DNA from: Candidatus Thorarchaeota archaeon | Lineage (GTDB): Archaea; Asgardarchaeota; Thorarchaeia; Thorarchaeales; Thorarchaeaceae | NCBI GenBank assembly: GCA_048884965.1 | Contig: JBHLQH010000008.1 | Location: 64,197 to 128,196 of the forward strand | Length of the DNA stretch: 64,000 nucleotides | Reading direction: 5' to 3' | Shown here: piece by piece, positions 30,300-41,029 of the stretch | Position numbering within the stretch: position 1 is the first letter of the stretch | Layout: every line of letters begins with the position of its first letter | Notes under the pieces: generated by a model | Seen by the model: only the letters and a program-made list of their open reading frames with translations | The model's database searches: none | Told to the model about the DNA's origin: nothing | Position numbers and translations under genes: made by a program

Positions 30300-32615
30300 G
30301 TGAAGGGCAGCTCGCAGACTGTGGATTGGCCGCTGATAAGGAGAGACTCCGTTGACTATAGAGAGTATCAGGTTAACCTTGCAAAGCTTGCCACAACGAA
30401 GAGCACTCTTGTCGTGCTAAGCACTGGACTTGGAAAGACAATCATCGGAGCTCTAGTAGCTGCCGCAAGGCTTTCCAAGTATCCGACTTCAAAGGTCCTG
30501 TTCCTAGCACCATCTCGGCCCCTCGTAGACCAACAGGCAAGATTTCTCAGACGCATCCTAGCGTTGGATGATCAGCAGGTCGTCTGTCTGACCGGACATG
30601 ATGGACCTGAGAATAGGAAGATCTCTTGGGGAGAATCAAGGGTTATTGCCATGACACCTCAAGCGCTTCAAAATGATCTTGTTCAGCGAAGCTATGATCT
30701 GTCCGAGGTGTCATTGATTGTCTATGATGAAGCGCATCGAGGTGTTGGTGACTATGCCTATACCTTCATCGCAGAACTCTATGAGAAACAGGGGCGCAAC
30801 CAATGTTCATTGGGTCTGACAGCGTCACCAGGTCACAAGGCGGACCATATCAAGACAGTTCGAGAGAACCTCAGACTTGATCAAGTGGAAATCAGGACTG
30901 AGAATGACCCAGACGTCAAGAAGTATCTCGTTTCTGTGCAAAGCGATATCCAGTTCATCAACCTCACAGCAGAGATAGAAGTGCTCAGAGATATGCTCTA
31001 CTCAATGCTGAATACCTATACCAGACCTATTATTGACCATGGGTACTCCCTACCTGACAGTAGACGTCTGAGCAGAAAGGAAATCCTTGCGACACAGGCG
31101 ATGGTCCGAAAAGAGATTGGTACGCACACAAAGCCGCCAACGAAGCTCTTCTATTTAATCAAGAATCTGACTGCAGCTCTTAGAATCGTACATCTTATCG
31201 AATTCATTGGAACGCAAGGCCTTGCTCCAACACAGAGATATATCGAGGGCATGTATGAGGAAATCAGGAACAAGAAAAGCTCCAAGGGAGTAAAGGATCT
31301 CATCTCCCAACCGGAGTTCACGCAGTTTGAGAACCTGTTGCACGCGTTGGTCAGCAAGGGATATCGACATCCAAAGTCAGATGCACTGCTTGAGATAGTT
31401 AGCGAACAGCTATCGGTCGACCTTGACTCACGCATCCTAATCTTCACTCGCTTTCGAGATACTGCGGCTGAGGTCTCAGAAACTCTTGAGCAGCTTGATG
31501 ATGTGCGAATCAGCCGGTTTGTGGGTCAGAGCTCTAAGGGATCTGACAAGGGATTCAGTCAGAAGAAACAGATTGAGGTGCTCGATGGATTCAGGAACAA
31601 TGAGTTCAATATACTCGTTGCGACTCAGGTTGGAGAGGAAGGTCTTGATATTCCAGAGTGTAATCTTGTAATCTTCTATGATTGTGTACCTTCTGTAGTA
31701 CCATACATCCAACGAAAGGGACGAACAGGACGTCATTCACCCGGACGTGTTGTCATTTTTGTAGCAAAGGGAACTCACGATGAGTTCTATCATTGGAGTG
31801 TGATTAACAAGTTGAAGAAGATGCCATCGGCACTCAAAGAGGCTGAGAAGGAAAACGATGAGAAGCAAGCCAGCCTTGACGAGTTCGTGGTAGAAGGGCA
31901 AGAAGCAGAGGTTGAGTCCGAGGAGTTCACCTTCAAGAGTAAGGAGTCCGAGGACAAAATCAAGCTCATTGTCGATTCCCGGGAGCTTCCGACCACCGTC
32001 GCTAGGGAACTCACTAGACTGGATGTCGTGATATCTGGAGAGAGCCTAGAGATTGGAGATTATGTCGCTTCCGAGGATGTTGCTATCGAACGGAAGGAAT
32101 CGAATGATTTCATCCAATCCTTGATCGATGGAAGACTCTTCACACAGCTAAGTGCTCTTCGATCAGCATACCGGCGTCCAGTCCTGATCATTGAGGGAGA
32201 GCAAATTATAGGACTACGTGCAGTGAATCCTGCGTCAATCTATGGTGCATTGGCTTCAATCGCAATCAGGATACAAATTCCTATCATCTGGACTCGAAAT
32301 GCGGAAGAAACTGCGAATGTCCTCTACAGGATTGCACACATGGAGCAAGTAGACTCTAAGAAACCACTCCGTACTCGTACTGGGGACACGAAAGGATCAG
32401 ATGCGGATGCTCTTGAGTATATACTCTCAGGATTCCCAGGGGTGGATACTGTAACTTCACGAAGCATCTTGGCAGAGTTCGGGACCCTAGAGGAGGTATT
32501 CAATGCCAGTAAGGAGGACCTGCAGAAAGTAAAGGGTGTGGGTCCCAAGATAGCTGGAAGGATTAGGAGGCTCCTGCAAACGGAACATCCTGAGCATAAG
32601 AAGGCTCGAGCCTGA
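30300..32615 (+). CDS. hef: Hef/FANCM-like DEAH helicase-ERCC4 nuclease
   Basis: TGLGKT, DEAH, TASPG, QRKGRTGR; ERCC4 VDSRE..GDY..ERK; C-terminal HhH. Confidence 0.93.
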   Translation: MKGSSQTVDWPLIRRDSVDYREYQVNLAKLATTKSTLVVLSTGLGKTIIGALVAAARLSKYPTSKVLFLAPSRPLVDQQARFLRRILALDDQQVVCLTGHDGPENRKISWGESRVIAMTPQALQNDLVQRSYDLSEVSLIVYDEAHRGVGDYAYTFIAELYEKQGRNQCSLGLTASPGHKADHIKTVRENLRLDQVEIRTENDPDVKKYLVSVQSDIQFINLTAEIEVLRDMLYSMLNTYTRPIIDHGYSLPDSRRLSRKEILATQAMVRKEIGTHTKPPTKLFYLIKNLTAALRIVHLIEFIGTQGLAPTQRYIEGMYEEIRNKKSSKGVKDLISQPEFTQFENLLHALVSKGYRHPKSDALLEIVSEQLSVDLDSRILIFTRFRDTAAEVSETLEQLDDVRISRFVGQSSKGSDKGFSQKKQIEVLDGFRNNEFNILVATQVGEEGLDIPECNLVIFYDCVPSVVPYIQRKGRTGRHSPGRVVIFVAKGTHDEFYHWSVINKLKKMPSALKEAEKENDEKQASLDEFVVEGQEAEVESEEFTFKSKESEDKIKLIVDSRELPTTVARELTRLDVVISGESLEIGDYVASEDVAIERKESNDFIQSLIDGRLFTQLSALRSAYRRPVLIIEGEQIIGLRAVNPASIYGALASIAIRIQIPIIWTRNAEETANVLYRIAHMEQVDSKKPLRTRTGDTKGSDADALEYILSGFPGVDTVTSRSILAEFGTLEEVFNASKEDLQKVKGVGPKIAGRIRRLLQTEHPEHKKARA

Positions 32616-32621
32616 ACCTGA

Positions 32622-33317
32622 CTAATAGACTTCGGGATTCTTTCCCTTACCTCTGCGGTAGGCGTCTCGAAGGATGTCTGTTATCCTTCGGCTAACCTCC
32701 CAGTACTTGAGGTAATCAGTCTCATCCAGTCTGACGACACTGAGGATTCTTCTGAAGACTACGTATAGCTTGGGATCGAGCTCACAGACGTCGCGTAGGG
32801 TTTCCTTGGCTCGTTCGAGTCCACGCATGTAGATTGCATCACGAGCAGCAAAGTCCTCGGCAACAGACCGCATTTCGCTCTCATCCTTGAGAGCCATTCC
32901 CAGTTGTCGCATAGTACCTATGATATCAAGAGTACGGTCCAAGTCATAGGATTCACGCTCTGGCATCAGTTCCATATCACCTGTGGCGATGAATACATTC
33001 TCTGCAGTCGCTCGCCAGAGCTTCTGCATGATGTGACTATCACCATTACCAGCTGGCTCATATCCCACCTGTTCAATCAGATGACATTTCTCAAGTTCCT
33101 TGAGGTGATATCTAACAGTTTGGGGCTTGACTTCCTTCTTACCATCCCCATTCTGTTCAGAATTAAGAAAATCTACGAGCTCGGAGGTTGACATCCTCCT
33201 AGCACGTAACGCATGGAGTATCTGACGACGATTCTCGTCATTTAGTGCTTTTACAGCATCTATGGCTTCAGTTCCTGTAAGAACCTTCAGGGTATCCATT
33301 GGCTTGTTCCCTTGCAA
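32622..33317 (-). CDS. ArsR-like winged-helix transcriptional regulator
   Basis: KALNDENRRQIL.AL..STSEL..QTVRYHLKELE..LI. Confidence 0.8.
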   Translation of the reverse strand: MQGNKPMDTLKVLTGTEAIDAVKALNDENRRQILHALRARRMSTSELVDFLNSEQNGDGKKEVKPQTVRYHLKELEKCHLIEQVGYEPAGNGDSHIMQKLWRATAENVFIATGDMELMPERESYDLDRTLDIIGTMRQLGMALKDESEMRSVAEDFAARDAIYMRGLERAKETLRDVCELDPKLYVVFRRILSVVRLDETDYLKYWEVSRRITDILRDAYRRGKGKNPEVY

Positions 33318-33372
33318 AGCACAAACTCTCCATTTTCGTATTGCATTTTTAACAAATAACGTATTGCAGACA

Positions 33373-33397
33373 ACTAATAGCCTTCAGGGCTATTAGT
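33373..33397. terminator. perfect 10-bp inverted repeat between two wHTH genes (terminator or operator)
   Basis: ACTAATAGCC-TTCAG-GGCTATTAGT. Confidence 0.45.
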
Positions 33398-33430
33398 GTC
33401 GGATTACTCTTCAATATCAGTTCCCTTCGT

Positions 33431-33676
33431 CTATGCAGGAACATAGATCCATTGTCGCATGTCCTGCAGGCAGGGTACGCGCTTAATCAACTGCTTCTTC
33501 AAGAGTTTTCGAAGAGCATATCGGACTGTTCTTGGTGCAAAAGATACCTTATCGAGCAGCTGCTTGGGTGTAACACCATCCTGACCACTGCTTCGGAGTA
33601 TATCGAGCACAATCATTTGGCTCTTGGTGAGCTTCATATTCTTGAGCTCTTCTCGGAGTTGTTTATCACTCATCAT
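33431..33676 (-). CDS. small basic MarR-like winged-helix DNA-binding protein
   Basis: LTKSQ..VLDIL..TPKQL..RTVRYALRKL..LI.R.P.LQDMRQ. Confidence 0.8.
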   Translation of the reverse strand: MMSDKQLREELKNMKLTKSQMIVLDILRSSGQDGVTPKQLLDKVSFAPRTVRYALRKLLKKQLIKRVPCLQDMRQWIYVPA

Positions 33677-33943
33677 TTTGAATTACCTACTTGTAAATTA
33701 TCAGAGTGTGACAGCGATAAACTGCCACAAACTACACCTTATTAGTATAACAAAGATGCTTATTAATATATCGCAGTCTGTGACCGCGGTATTAAAATTA
33801 GAAACTGCGAGCATAGACAATCGTTTGAATTAGGCAATTTTGCCCTTTTGAGCGCCAAATCAGAAGCTAGAGGAGGTTTGAAATTGTCCGTGAATCGCCA
33901 ACAAACTCTATAACAACGATGCATAAACCATCAGTGACTCGCG

Positions 33944-35227
33944 ATGAAAAAGGCAGCACTAATGGCAGCTGGTAATTCTACTCGAATGCTACCACTCACT
34001 GCAAACAGACCAAAGCATCTCCTCCCCATAGCAGGCTCACCACTCATCTTTCATACTCTCAGGGCATTACGAGATGCTGGCATCACAGAAACCCTCATCA
34101 TCTATGGCTACCGCGGAGATCTTCTAAGAGAGGCCATCGATGCCGCTGATTGGGGCAAGATGTCGATTTCCTATGTGGAGCAGACGGAGAGAAAGGGGAC
34201 AGCCCACGCGGCGGGTCATGCAAGTGACTTTGCAGGAGAAGATGATATCATCGTCATGAATGGGGACGTATTGACTGCCCCAGATACCTTCACTACCCTC
34301 ATAGACTTCCATCGCGGCCATGACTTCGGATTGAGCCTGACTGTCCTACCTGTCGAGGACCCTTCTGCGTATGGCATAGTTGAAGTGAAGGGTAATCGAG
34401 CGGTAGACCTGATTGAGAAGCCAAGGCCAGACCAGATGGTAAGTAACCTTTGCAATATGGGCATCTATGCTGCAGGACCTGACCTATGGGAAGCTATCGC
34501 TAAGACGCCTCTATCAAAACGAGGTGAGTATGAGATTACAGACTCGATTATGATGCTCATAAGAGAGGAGAAGGTGGGCGTCCATCAAATACCCTCATGG
34601 TGGCTGGATCTAGGGAAGCCTTGGGACCTTCTTGAGGCAAACGAAAAGATCCTTAGCAATGCAATGAAACGAATCGAGGGTACAGTGGAGGAAGGAGCTA
34701 CTATCAAAGGCAATACCATAGTCGAGCCAGGTGCGCTAGTCAAGAGTGGGGCATATATTGAGGGACCTGCATATATCGGACCTGAGTGTGTCATAGGACC
34801 CAATTGCTACATCAGGGCATATACCTCTCTGAGTAGGAAGGTGAAGATAGGTAACGCAGTCGAAATTAAGAACTCGATAATCATGGACGGTACGAATGTC
34901 GGACATCTCTCATATGTTGGGGATTCGATTATTGGAATGCGCTCTAATTTTGGAGCTGGGACTATTACTGCGAATCTTCGGCATGATAATGCTGACATCA
35001 AGGTCACTGTCAAGGGAGAGCGTGTTAGCTCAGGAAGGAGAAAGCTTGGAGCAATCATCGGAGACGATGTGAAGACTGGGATAGGTACTTCGATATCTAC
35101 AGGAATCGTGCTTCATCAAGGCGCACGAACAGGTGTCGGAGTCATTGTCGATAGAGACATCCCTCCGAATACCTTGGTCATTGCAAAGCAGTCCACACAA
35201 GAGATTGAGATGAAGCCATCAGAATGA
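33944..35227 (+). CDS. glmU: bifunctional sugar-1-phosphate nucleotidylyltransferase/acetyltransferase
   Basis: AAG.STRM.PLT..RPK, RGEYEITD, hexapeptide repeats, HLSYVGDS. Confidence 0.92.
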   Translation: MKKAALMAAGNSTRMLPLTANRPKHLLPIAGSPLIFHTLRALRDAGITETLIIYGYRGDLLREAIDAADWGKMSISYVEQTERKGTAHAAGHASDFAGEDDIIVMNGDVLTAPDTFTTLIDFHRGHDFGLSLTVLPVEDPSAYGIVEVKGNRAVDLIEKPRPDQMVSNLCNMGIYAAGPDLWEAIAKTPLSKRGEYEITDSIMMLIREEKVGVHQIPSWWLDLGKPWDLLEANEKILSNAMKRIEGTVEEGATIKGNTIVEPGALVKSGAYIEGPAYIGPECVIGPNCYIRAYTSLSRKVKIGNAVEIKNSIIMDGTNVGHLSYVGDSIIGMRSNFGAGTITANLRHDNADIKVTVKGERVSSGRRKLGAIIGDDVKTGIGTSISTGIVLHQGARTGVGVIVDRDIPPNTLVIAKQSTQEIEMKPSE

Positions 35228-35236
35228 GGGAAAATT

Positions 35237-36760
35237 ATGCCATATGAGGCATTCACCGAACAAAATGTAATCTTCAAGGATATCAGTAAGATTGATGTCC
35301 TGTTCGGATTTTGCTACCCTTCTACATATCGTGCAGGGATGAGCGGCTTGGCAACCCATCTATTCTATGCCATCTTGAACGGTAGATCAGACACATCATG
35401 TGAGCGGTACTTCAGATATGATACTAGATCCCCAGTAAACTCGGTTGAAACTGGGAGACCTCTTCATGACAACCACCTTCTAGGTTTCTCCCTCACCTAT
35501 GAGGAGGATATACTTGGTCTCGTTCAGATGCTTGAGATGGGAAAAGTCCATGTTCTTGCCAGTGAGAGGTCGAACGAGGACCCAATTGTCATTGTGGGAG
35601 GACCAGCTGTAAGTGCCAACCCTGAGCCATATGTCGATTTTGTCGACGCCTTCGTCATCGGAGAGGGAGATCTAGTCATTCACGACATCATCGATGCGAC
35701 CATTACCTCTGGTTCCCGTAGGGAAGTGCTAGAGAAACTGGCGGGGGTGAGGGGATTATATGTTCCCTCTCTACCTCAAGCAAGCGTTTCAAGGCTCATC
35801 ATACCTAGTCTAGAAGCATTATTCCATCCAACTGCGCAAGTCTTTGCCAATGTAGAGGAGCAATCGAAACATGAAACTGTCTTTGGCAGATCCCTACTTG
35901 TAGAAGTCAGCAGAGGGTGTGGGCATTCATGTAAATTCTGCTTGGTAGGTCATATCTGCAGACCGCGAAGAGTAAGGTCACTAGGCAGGCTCATGAAAAT
36001 CATCGAGGAAGGTGTGGAACAGTCGTCAGTATCCAAGATCGCATTGATTGCATCCTCATTGGGCGATCTCGATCAGTTGGAAGAACTAGCTGAATGGGTA
36101 ATCGGGAAAAAACTAGGCCTTTCGACTCCTTCTCTTCGTGCTGATAGGGTAACACTAAGACTTCTTCAACTGCTAAAAGAAGGAGGGCAGAGAACCCTCA
36201 CCATTGCACCTGAAACTGGTTCTGCGTCCCTTAGAAGAAGTATGGGAAAGGGACTCGATGATGATGAAATCTATAATGCGGTTAGCTACGCCAAGGATGC
36301 AGGACTTAGCTCAGTAAAGGCATACTTCATTATTGGTCTTCCAGGAGAAACAGATGATGATGTACGAGCAATTGCGACTATGACAAGCCGATTCGCAAAA
36401 GAGTCTGGGCTGCGTGTTACTGCAAATGTGAATCCATTCATTCCAAAGGCACATACTAGATGGGAACGTGAACCGCAACCCCCGTTAGAGGTGCTCCGTT
36501 CAAGAATCAAGTTGCTTGAGAAGGAGCTACATAATGTACCTCGCACATCCCTAGAAACCTTGGACCCGAGAAGTGCCAGAATTCAAGCGGCTCTATCTAT
36601 TGGCGATCGCTCTATTGGGAAAGTAATCAAAGTGGCAGCCACACAGGGAGGTTTCGGCGCCTGGCGCAGAGCGGAGAAGGAAACAAAGATAGAATTTCTT
36701 GGTCGAGCTAGCGATGGGAATCACCTTTTGGGGAAACTACCTTGGCATTTCATCAAATAG
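35237..36760 (+). CDS. radical SAM protein with N-terminal B12-binding-like domain
   Basis: YPS.Y..GMS.L, GGP..SANPEP, EVSRGCGHSCKFC, TIAPETGS. Confidence 0.88.
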   Translation: MPYEAFTEQNVIFKDISKIDVLFGFCYPSTYRAGMSGLATHLFYAILNGRSDTSCERYFRYDTRSPVNSVETGRPLHDNHLLGFSLTYEEDILGLVQMLEMGKVHVLASERSNEDPIVIVGGPAVSANPEPYVDFVDAFVIGEGDLVIHDIIDATITSGSRREVLEKLAGVRGLYVPSLPQASVSRLIIPSLEALFHPTAQVFANVEEQSKHETVFGRSLLVEVSRGCGHSCKFCLVGHICRPRRVRSLGRLMKIIEEGVEQSSVSKIALIASSLGDLDQLEELAEWVIGKKLGLSTPSLRADRVTLRLLQLLKEGGQRTLTIAPETGSASLRRSMGKGLDDDEIYNAVSYAKDAGLSSVKAYFIIGLPGETDDDVRAIATMTSRFAKESGLRVTANVNPFIPKAHTRWEREPQPPLEVLRSRIKLLEKELHNVPRTSLETLDPRSARIQAALSIGDRSIGKVIKVAATQGGFGAWRRAEKETKIEFLGRASDGNHLLGKLPWHFIK

Positions 36761-36850
36761 GTGAATTAGTCCGCCAGCAAATGGATTATAAGAGAAGTTT
36801 TGGAGATATTACGTAGGCTGAGCCTACTGGAGTTAATCCGGTGATTCTCC

Positions 36851-37192
36851 ATGAGTGACGAGGACAAATTTCAGAAAGCGTATCCAGCTCTCAATGAGGA
36901 GCTTGAAAAAGGAAGCACTCAGGAGTATACTATAGATGGGGTCCGTATAATGTCGGAAGACCATGAAGAACAGACTTCGGATGAAGGAACGTTCCTTCCT
37001 AATGCTATTGATTATATTCGACGATGTGATACCGTACCTCAAGCCATTGAGATAGTCGACTACTTACTCAATAGAGGAGAGCTTACGACAGGTCAGGCCA
37101 GGGACATTAAGAAACAGCTGAAATCTGAAGGACTTCGAAGCTTTGGAGCAAAGAAGGAGAAGGACCATTATTTGAAACATGGTCTTGAGTAA
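36851..37192 (+). CDS. DUF2095 family protein
   Basis: F...YPAL..EL, P..IDYIRRC, GLRSFG.KKE..HY. Confidence 0.8.
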   Translation: MSDEDKFQKAYPALNEELEKGSTQEYTIDGVRIMSEDHEEQTSDEGTFLPNAIDYIRRCDTVPQAIEIVDYLLNRGELTTGQARDIKKQLKSEGLRSFGAKKEKDHYLKHGLE

Positions 37193-37323
37193 TTAGCATG
37201 TGTCCATCTCACATCATCTCAATGGTGAACCCTTAGTCAGCCCGTTCCTCGAAGGTGCTTATATCTCCTAGAACAGAGATGATTTTGAAGATAGTATATC
37301 TTTCATTGTCTGGGGGGCATAAA

Positions 37324-38193
37324 ATGAGCAAGAAGAGGGGAGATCTGAGCGACTCGGATTTCAAGAATATCATGAACCTTGTTGTACAAGACCTGACAGT
37401 TTACGATTTGGGTGAGTGGCAAAAGGCGTGCCGGTCCTTTGGACCAGTCCACTATGTGTCCGAAACACGAAAGCAGTGGTTTGCAAAAAATAGTTTCAGA
37501 CTTGAAGCGGCTAGGGATATCTCGGAGTTCGTGGAAACCTGGGTGAAGAATCTTCGAGAGGATGAAAGATTCGAGGAGTATACTGTAACAGCAATTCGTG
37601 AGGGTATAATAAGGGCAGTGAGGGAGCAACAGGAGAAAGAAGGCGCAGAGCTTGGCTTGTTGAATTCAGTCAAGCTGAATGGCTTCAAGACCCTTGTCAA
37701 ATGGGCAGGAGAGCAAAAGCTCCTTGAGGAGGGACCTTATGAAGGCGCAATCGCGATACCACCTGGTGGAGCAAAGAAATCACAACGAACCCCTTCACGA
37801 AAGAAAAGAAAGGGGACATATGGACCGCCAGTCGTGAATCTTGCTCACAACTATCATTTGATTGATGAGAGTCGCATTCTATTGAGTATTGAACTGGGTA
37901 ATAATTACCTGCACCCATACCAGAACGTCAAACTGCACCTGGAAATAGACACTAGACTTTCAGTCTTGGGGGTATCAGGCCACTCATGGTCCCCTATGAG
38001 CAATCAGATTCCAATCGGGTTCCTCGAGTCCTCCTTGGATGATAGTATGAGCAAACGTGTTCTAGAGATCGACATGAAGATCCTTGAACGGATAGATGAA
38101 TACTCCCTTGGAGGGAATATTATCTATGATGACTGTGAGAAGGGAATTGTTGTGAATCATGAACTCACACGAGTGGTCATTAGAATGATCTAG
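37324..38193 (+). CDS. hypothetical protein (helical N-domain, basic linker, beta-sandwich C-domain)
   Basis: Long ORF; start refined to ATG 37324. Confidence 0.65.
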   Translation: MSKKRGDLSDSDFKNIMNLVVQDLTVYDLGEWQKACRSFGPVHYVSETRKQWFAKNSFRLEAARDISEFVETWVKNLREDERFEEYTVTAIREGIIRAVREQQEKEGAELGLLNSVKLNGFKTLVKWAGEQKLLEEGPYEGAIAIPPGGAKKSQRTPSRKKRKGTYGPPVVNLAHNYHLIDESRILLSIELGNNYLHPYQNVKLHLEIDTRLSVLGVSGHSWSPMSNQIPIGFLESSLDDSMSKRVLEIDMKILERIDEYSLGGNIIYDDCEKGIVVNHELTRVVIRMI

Positions 38194-38205
38194 TTCATCT
38201 TTGGC

Positions 38206-38904
38206 CTATCTTACAAGGTCTTTGATGATGTTGGTTAGATATCCGGGGAGAGTCCAATTTGCTATCTCAGTGTAGGGATCATCTAGAAGGAGTGCGTGCT
38301 GAGCTAGAATCCTGAGAAGATCGCCTTTGAAGCCTGCGACACCGTGGATTTTGTGTCCCGCAGATGAGAAAGCTTTCACTACTTCTGCGTTGGAGGGAAA
38401 TCTGAGAAGATTATCACCAGCAACACCATCACCGAAGAATACTATAGTGCCACTCAATTCCTCATGCCAGCCATCATCTAACGCGATTATATACTTGGAA
38501 CCTAAGGCGATATATGAAAAATCAAATCTCTGGGAAATGATTCTTCTGAACTCATCTGGAATTGAAAGACTCCTGCTACGTTCTCTAATCTCCAATTTTC
38601 GCATCGAAGAGAAGCTGCATTCGTACGGAGGTATTGGTTCATCCTCATGAAGAAGGCCAAATCCTGCAGATATGATATAGTAGTGTACTTCGACGTTCTT
38701 TATGCTCCGTAAGAGAGCTACACCTTTTCCAAGTTCCCTTGCTTGATTGCCCGTGTACATATCACGCGCGGCACAGGTCAGTGGTGATAGCCTCTCCACC
38801 CACACCGGTAGGTCTGCCTTACCAGTAATCTCACTGCAGGTGGGAGCCTTTGGTGAGTTGAAGCGTTTACGTTTCCCACAACTGCCTACTACAAGAACCC
38901 TCAT
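38206..38904 (-). CDS. YaaA/DUF6884-like protein
   Basis: SCGKRK, ARDMYTG, IISAGFGLL..PIPPYE motifs. Confidence 0.6.
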   Translation of the reverse strand: MRVLVVGSCGKRKRFNSPKAPTCSEITGKADLPVWVERLSPLTCAARDMYTGNQARELGKGVALLRSIKNVEVHYYIISAGFGLLHEDEPIPPYECSFSSMRKLEIRERSRSLSIPDEFRRIISQRFDFSYIALGSKYIIALDDGWHEELSGTIVFFGDGVAGDNLLRFPSNAEVVKAFSSAGHKIHGVAGFKGDLLRILAQHALLLDDPYTEIANWTLPGYLTNIIKDLVR

Positions 38905-38994
38905 TGGTCAATCCCATGGTCATCTGAGTTGCATCATGTCTGATATCCAGTCTAATAAGGGGTCTCATGACCTAGCGAGAGCTTTGTATCTAGA

Positions 38995-40395
38995 CTAGCT
39001 AGGCTTGTACGCACCACGATCTCGTGCCCAGGTAATGGTATCTGGGTCACATCGCTTGAGCTCACGTTCTGGAAATTCGCTCAGAAGGTTCCAGCCGATG
39101 TCAAGTGTCTGATCGAAGGATCTATCCTCGAACTCACCCTGTCCGATGAACTCCTCCTCGAAGCGGTCGGCAAACTTGAGGTATTTCTGATCTCGGTCAG
39201 TCAAGGCTTCAGAGCCAACAACTGCAACAAGATCTCGAAGGTCTCGACCTTCGGAATAGGCATAGTAGAGCTGTGCCTGTATCTCCTTATGATCGAACCT
39301 TGTCATACCTTCGCCGATTCCCTCTTTCATGAGTCTGCTAAGAGATGGACCTGGATCGATAGGTGGATAGATACCTCTTCGATGTAGGCCTCTTCCGACA
39401 ATCATCTGCCCCTCTGTGATATATCCTGATAGGTCAGGGATTGGATGAGTCATATCATCCTGAGGCATAGAAAGGATAGGCATCTGAGTAATGGTTCCCT
39501 TCCTTCCGTTGATACGGCCTGCACGCTCATATATCAAACTGAGGTCTGTATAGAGATAGCCAGGATATCCTCTACGGCCGGGTATCTCAGAGCGAGCAGC
39601 ACTGATCTCACGTAGCGCTTCGGCATAATTGGTCATATCCGTTAGAATGACAAGGACATGCATATCGGACTCGTAGGCAAGATATTCTGCTGCAGTAAGC
39701 GTAGCTCTAGGCGTGATTATGCGTTCGATTGCAGGGTCATTTGCTAGGTTAAGAAATAGAGTGGTATGCTCTAAGGCACCTGTTTCCTCGAAGGAGTTGA
39801 TAAAATACTGTGCCTCTGTTGCTGTAATTCCCATTGCTCCAAAGACGATAGCGAAATCACCTTCCTCACCGGGAATCTTCGCTTGACGAACGATCTGTGC
39901 GGCAATTCGGTTATGAGGCAATCCAGAGCCAGAGAAGATAGGGAGCTTCTGACCTCTCACAAGAGTGTTCAATCCATCGATGACAGAGAGACCTGTTTGA
40001 ATGGGCTGTCGGGGATATTGTCGGGCATAGGGATTGATCGGGGAGCCATAGATGTCCCAGTGGTCCTCTGCAGTAAGGGGTGGTCCCTTGTCGAGGGGAT
40101 TCCCTGCGCCATCAAGAACGCGGCCGAGGATCTCGGAAGAAACAGGGAGCTTCATCGTCTCTCCTGTGAATCTGGCAGCAGTAACGTCTGCATCCAGTCC
40201 ACTCGTTCCCTCAAAGACCTGAATCACAGCTCGTCCACGACCGGTCTCAAGGACTGTACCAGTCAAGAGATCGCCATTTGGAGCTCGAATCTTGACTACT
40301 TCGTTATAAGCCACATTGTGGGTTTGCTCTACAATTAGTAGTGGGCCACTGACATCGGACACGGTCCGATATAAGATGGAAGACTCCCGTGTCAT
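38995..40395 (-). CDS. atpB: A/V-type ATP synthase subunit B
   Basis: [44 protein letters not shown]. Confidence 0.97.
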   Translation of the reverse strand: MTRESSILYRTVSDVSGPLLIVEQTHNVAYNEVVKIRAPNGDLLTGTVLETGRGRAVIQVFEGTSGLDADVTAARFTGETMKLPVSSEILGRVLDGAGNPLDKGPPLTAEDHWDIYGSPINPYARQYPRQPIQTGLSVIDGLNTLVRGQKLPIFSGSGLPHNRIAAQIVRQAKIPGEEGDFAIVFGAMGITATEAQYFINSFEETGALEHTTLFLNLANDPAIERIITPRATLTAAEYLAYESDMHVLVILTDMTNYAEALREISAARSEIPGRRGYPGYLYTDLSLIYERAGRINGRKGTITQMPILSMPQDDMTHPIPDLSGYITEGQMIVGRGLHRRGIYPPIDPGPSLSRLMKEGIGEGMTRFDHKEIQAQLYYAYSEGRDLRDLVAVVGSEALTDRDQKYLKFADRFEEEFIGQGEFEDRSFDQTLDIGWNLLSEFPERELKRCDPDTITWARDRGAYKPS

Positions 40396-40483
40396 CGTAA
40401 AATCCGCCTTAGATTACATCTTGAATCCGTAGACCGTGGATAGTCCTCTGCGGTTTTAAGACTTACGAAGTGTAATGAATGGC

Positions 40484-41005
40484 TCAAAGAAAGGGCACAA
40501 CATGCATAAATGCGAGAACTGGTGCTAGCATCACACCCCTTACAATCAATGAGTGACCCCTTGCCTTAAGATCCCCAGAGGTCGGATTGAAGTATAGAAT
40601 GGCACCTACAAGGATGCAGACCGCCATTACACCATCTCCTATGAGCACGATCAGCGCTACTACCTGACTCTCGTACATACCGAAGAGACCATAGAAGGTA
40701 GAGGTTGCACTTTCGATGGTCAACACTCCAAGACCCGCCATGCTGGCAAAGTAATTGGTTATCATCGGACCTACGAAGAAGAGGAAAACACCGAAGATCA
40801 CAAGGCCCTTCGCAGTGCCATCACTAAGGCCAGTCGCAAATACAATGAACCCAACAAGAACTAGGATGAGGTATCCATTCACGGCCAGCGCATAGAACAG
40901 GTTCAGAAGCGTTGTAAGGGCGCCTAAATATTCGGTCCCAAAGTCGAATGGAAAGGGACTCTGTAGGAGAAGGATGGAAGTTAGCCCTAGATTCATTGAC
41001 CTCAC
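40484..41005 (-). CDS. membrane protein with two helical-hairpin repeats (VirB2/CedA1 pilin-like)
   Basis: 4 TM in two similar units: ILVLVGFIVFA..TAKGLVIFGV and VCILVGAILYF..LKARGHSLIVRGV. Confidence 0.55.
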   Translation of the reverse strand: MRSMNLGLTSILLLQSPFPFDFGTEYLGALTTLLNLFYALAVNGYLILVLVGFIVFATGLSDGTAKGLVIFGVFLFFVGPMITNYFASMAGLGVLTIESATSTFYGLFGMYESQVVALIVLIGDGVMAVCILVGAILYFNPTSGDLKARGHSLIVRGVMLAPVLAFMHVVPFL

Positions 41006-41029
41006 GATATCAAGTCGGCGAAAGGGAAT

